Positions 60,497 to 64,000 of a stretch of 64,000 nucleotides of DNA are shown here, one piece after another; the stretch's first letter is position 1, and every line of letters starts with the position of its first letter. The notes under the pieces are model-generated. The model did not search any database and was not told the DNA's origin. It worked only from the letters and a program-made list of their open reading frames with translations. The position numbers were made by a program, and so were the translations under genes. Origin of the DNA: Octopus bimaculoides (lineage: Eukaryota); NCBI RefSeq assembly GCF_001194135.2, contig NC_068988.1, forward strand, positions 83,923,293 through 83,987,292, in the 5' to 3' direction.

Positions 60497-62017
60497 TCGG
60501 AATTTCTAGTACTGACACGAGTTATCCCCCCCTCCCTTGCACTAGGGTAGTGCTGACACGATAAGAATAAAGTACCCGGTAACCTTTTATTTGCAATCGC
60601 ATAAAGTGAAAGGAAAAAAATTCAGCAATAATCGGCAGTACTAAAATTTCGTTGCAAACTACTTTTCGAAAAAAGGGAAGAAACACAGAAGCAGAAAAAA
60701 AGAACAAAAAGAGAAGGAAAACTGGTATTTATTGCGGCAATGTCATGATCAGAGAAAAATGCTGAAAAATGCTTGATGTTGTAGTGACAATTTATAGCAG
60801 ACGACTGTTATATGTTCAATGTCCGGAGTTTTATCCATGCATGCGCAGGGACTAGTTCCGGAAGGAATACAGGAAGAGTCTCATCCGCATGCGTAGAGTT
60901 CGACACCCAGCTTTGGCGCCTTTTCTCAGTCTCTTCGTTGACTGATCTCCGTCGAGCCAAGACGTCCAACAGAACTCTCTCACATGTCAGCACCAGAGCT
61001 TCACAAAAAACCACGGAAATCATTCAGGAGGCGTCTCAGTAACCGAGGGCGACGAGCTACCGAATTCCCTCCAAGCGTGAACTGAATTCCACTGTAAATA
61101 AATATTGTTATGTTGTTCAGAATCTGCGTTCCGNNNNNNNNNNNNNNNNNNNNNNNNNNNNNNNNNNNNNNNNNNNNNNNNNNNNNNNNNNNNNNNNNNN
61201 NNNNNNNNNNNNNNNNNNNNNNNNNNNNNNNNNNNNNNNNNNNNNNNNNNNNNNNNNNNNNNNNNNNNNNNNNNNNNNNNNNNNNNNNNNNNNNNNNNNN
61301 NNNNNNNNNNNNNNNNNNNNNNNNNNNNNNNNNNNNNNNNNNNNNNNNNNNNNNNNNNNNNNNNNNNNNNNNNNNNNNNNNNNNNNNNNNNNNNNNNNNN
61401 NNNNNNNNNNNNNNNNNNNNNNNNNNNNNNNNNNNNNNNNNNNNNNNNNNNNNNNNNNNNNNNNNNNNNNNNNNNNNNNNNNNNNNNNNNNNNNNNNNNN
61501 NNNNNNNNNNNNNNNNNNNNNNNNNNNNNNNNNNNNNNNNNNNNNNNNNNNNNNNNNNNNNNNNNNNNNNNNNNNNNNNNNNNNNNNNNNNNNNNNNNNN
61601 NNNNNNNNNNNNNNNNNNNNNNNNNNNNNNNNNNNNNNNNNNNNNNNNNNNNNNNNNNNNNNNNNNNNNNNNNNNNNNNNNNNNNNNNNNNNNNNNNNNN
61701 NNNNNNNNNNNNNNNNNNNNNNNNNNNNNNNNNNNNNNNNNNNNNNNNNNNNNNNNNNNNNNNNNNNNNNNNNNNNNNNNNNNNNNNNNNNNNNNNNNNN
61801 NNNNNNNNNNNNNNNNNNNNNNNNNNNNNNNNNNNNNNNNNNNNNNNNNNNNNNNNNNNNNNNNNNNNNNNNNNNNNNNNNNNNNNNNNNNNNNNNNNNN
61901 NNNNNNNNNNNNNNNNNNNNNNNNNNNNNNNNNNNNNNNNNNNNNNNNNNNNNNNNNNNNNNNNNNNNNNNNNNNNNNNNNNNNNNNNNNNNNNNNNNNN
62001 NNNNNNNNNNNNNNNNN

Positions 62018-62345
62018 GACGTCGGGCCAGAAAACGGTGTTCGGCAGCCGCTGCGGCCTCGCGCCGCCGGCGCCCCTCTGGGCGGTCCATGGCAACGCAC
62101 CCGTGCTTGCCATCCCACTCCCGGTCGCGACGATACAGTCGGCCTTCCCCATTGGCCGTGGCGCAAATATTATTAGACTGAAACCGACGCATACGGGCCG
62201 TTGCAGCAGCCTCGATCCGCAGCTCCGCACGGATCAAAGCGTGCGGTGGCTTCACGCCCTTCGATTTTGGTGACTCTGGATAACTGTCAGTACGATCGCA
62301 CGTGCTAGTATTGAGTAGCCTTCGCGCAACGGGTCCCATTCGAAC
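62018..62345. promoter_or_regulatory. GC/CpG-rich island next to a gap, promoter-like
   Basis: Visibly far above background GC; CCATGGCAAC (RFX-like, 62087-62096), ATTGG (62151-62155). On the other side of the gap, GCATGCGCA and TTCCGGAA at about 60838-60865. Confidence 0.4.
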
Positions 62346-63438
62346 TCTCATAGCATTTTTGTATATTGTTTGTCCTGTATCTTTTCATTCTATGTTTTGA
62401 TCATAATGATTAAAATAAAGATTTTACTTCTGGAATGTGGTGCCACTAGACCTCCATACATGGACGCAGCCAACGGATATCAGCCTGCAATACAGGCGAT
62501 TATATCGATTAGTATTTATTTTATAAACCCTCAGAAGGATGAAAGGTAAAATATTGATTTTAACCAATTTATTACATTGGTGTATGTTCGCAAATTTTGA
62601 TGTAAGGGTTAAATTTTATTTAATCGACCTAGAGCTCAAATAGTATGTATTTTGTTGACTCGAGGGGAATGAAAAGCAGTCTTCTCTCGGTAAATTTTGA
62701 ACTATAGACAATATACATGCAAGAGACGAGAGCAATAAAGCATATACCCAAGCCCCACATTTTGCCGGAAGGTAGACTTGTGACCCTGTAGGTGGTACTT
62801 TAATTTAATATGGTTCAACAGAGCATGTTCACTTTCAAATGTTCATAAAATAAAGCTTGAAATGAGACAATAACCCACACGATGAAAAGGGAACAATAAT
62901 AAATGGCAACATTCATGAATACAAGTTTCTTGTTAAAACGAGTAATAGAGATAATTTTGTGAAAATGAACGTCAGTGTTGTAATTCAGATAAATGTACGT
63001 GAAATACAGATTCTTTCAGGTAATAGCATATAATGTGAATTGTAAATATAGCTGACAGCATTCAGTCATATCAAACAAGTAATTAAAAAGGCAGTACTTA
63101 AAGTTGAACAATACATAGCAATCAACTCAGATAGTAAAGTGTTCTAGAAATATTTGTTCGAAACAGGGGCCTCAGTCTCCAGTCAGCTCTCTTCGTAATC
63201 CCCACACAGGTCAGATGAATAATAATTCTAAGGAGTGCACTGAACTTATTTTCGAATGCTGTGTTGGTACTTTAACTCCTGAAAATCCAAATGTACCGTC
63301 TTCACACTCAACTAGCGTCAAATTCCATAATGCTCGTTGAATTTACTCCTGCAATGCTGTAACACAACCTCCAACATATGCGCAACTATGCTTCACCTGA
63401 TTTTGATTTTGTGGTGTTATGGGCTGTAATGAGCTGTG

Positions 63439-64000
63439 TGTTGTGGTGGAGAGAGGTGAGGCAAACAGAAGTGAAGCCAGACCGGAAGGGTCAGACCGGA
63501 AGTCGGCGACACGCGGTTGAAGGCTCGCACGTGGGGTCAGTCAGAAAACAGAGAGGTTACGAGAAAGACGTGTTCTNNNNNNNNNNTTGTAACTGGGTTT
63601 CCTGACCACCTGTCGGTCGAATTGCAGAAACTGCCGAACGTGAACACCATGCCCATGGCAGATATAATAACGAGGGCTCGTATGTTAGTTTCATGTTGTA
63701 GATCGACACCGTTGGCAGCAGCGGCGACAGCAAAAGGTGGCCGACCAAGGAGTAGCGGAGAGGGTTCGAACAAGGAACGTGTGCGACCGTTCAAAGGACA
63801 GTGTTTCCGGTGTCAGGGCCCGCACATGGTGAGAGACTGCAAGTTACCCAAGCCTGAGGTCATTTGCTACCGTTGTCGAGAAACGGGACATTTAGCCAGC
63901 GAATGTCTGCATGGAAACGGTCTAAGGGAGACTACTGCGCCAGTGGCCGTCCCTTCAGATCAATAAAGGCGCAATTTTTTCTACCCGTTGTTGATGTGCT
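63439..64000 (+). mobile_element. Ty3/Gypsy LTR retrotransposon 5' part (LTR start, gag end, pol start)
   Basis: TG-initiated LTR-like start; gag with CFRCQGPHMVRDC and CYRCRETGHLASEC knuckles ending at 63966; -1 frame continues ..FFLPVVDV (pre-protease); 10-N gap inside. Confidence 0.8.

Noticed and set aside
62018-62345. Possible rRNA fragment because of high GC
   Set aside because: No conserved 18S, 5.8S or 28S motif recognised.
61001-62351. Long ORFs spanning 61-62 kb, 51.8-52.7 kb and 8.7-9.4 kb in the ORF track
   Set aside because: Artefacts of translating N-gaps.

Overview
AT-rich, microsatellite- and SINE-dense eukaryotic genomic DNA with five N-gaps. The repeat landscape suggests an octopus or other coleoid cephalopod (inference, not searched). 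Two host genes can be assembled exon by exon with consistent GT-AG sites and phases. The first is the last 7 coding exons of a pancreatic-lipase-family gene (+, 440-20673). The second is a complete 4-exon COX5B gene (-, 49835-23729, 140 aa), convergent with the lipase. A third, unrecognised, phase-consistent exon chain on the minus strand (about 56859-54806) is a weaker candidate gene. The rest is mostly mobile DNA: several tRNA-derived SINE families, R4/Dong fragments sitting in (AAT)n tracts, RTE, CR1, Penelope-like, mariner, hAT and Gypsy remnants, and foldback MITEs. The two most notable observations: (1) a tRNA-headed, SINE-like unit carrying a minimal hammerhead ribozyme, sense-oriented in COX5B intron 2, with a second, core-mutated hammerhead in intron 3; (2) a 1.67-kb retroelement with an intact Gag/ORF1-like CCHC protein but no reverse transcriptase, inserted with an apparent 13-bp TSD into the middle of a SINE. 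All motifs were read by eye and no database searches were run.
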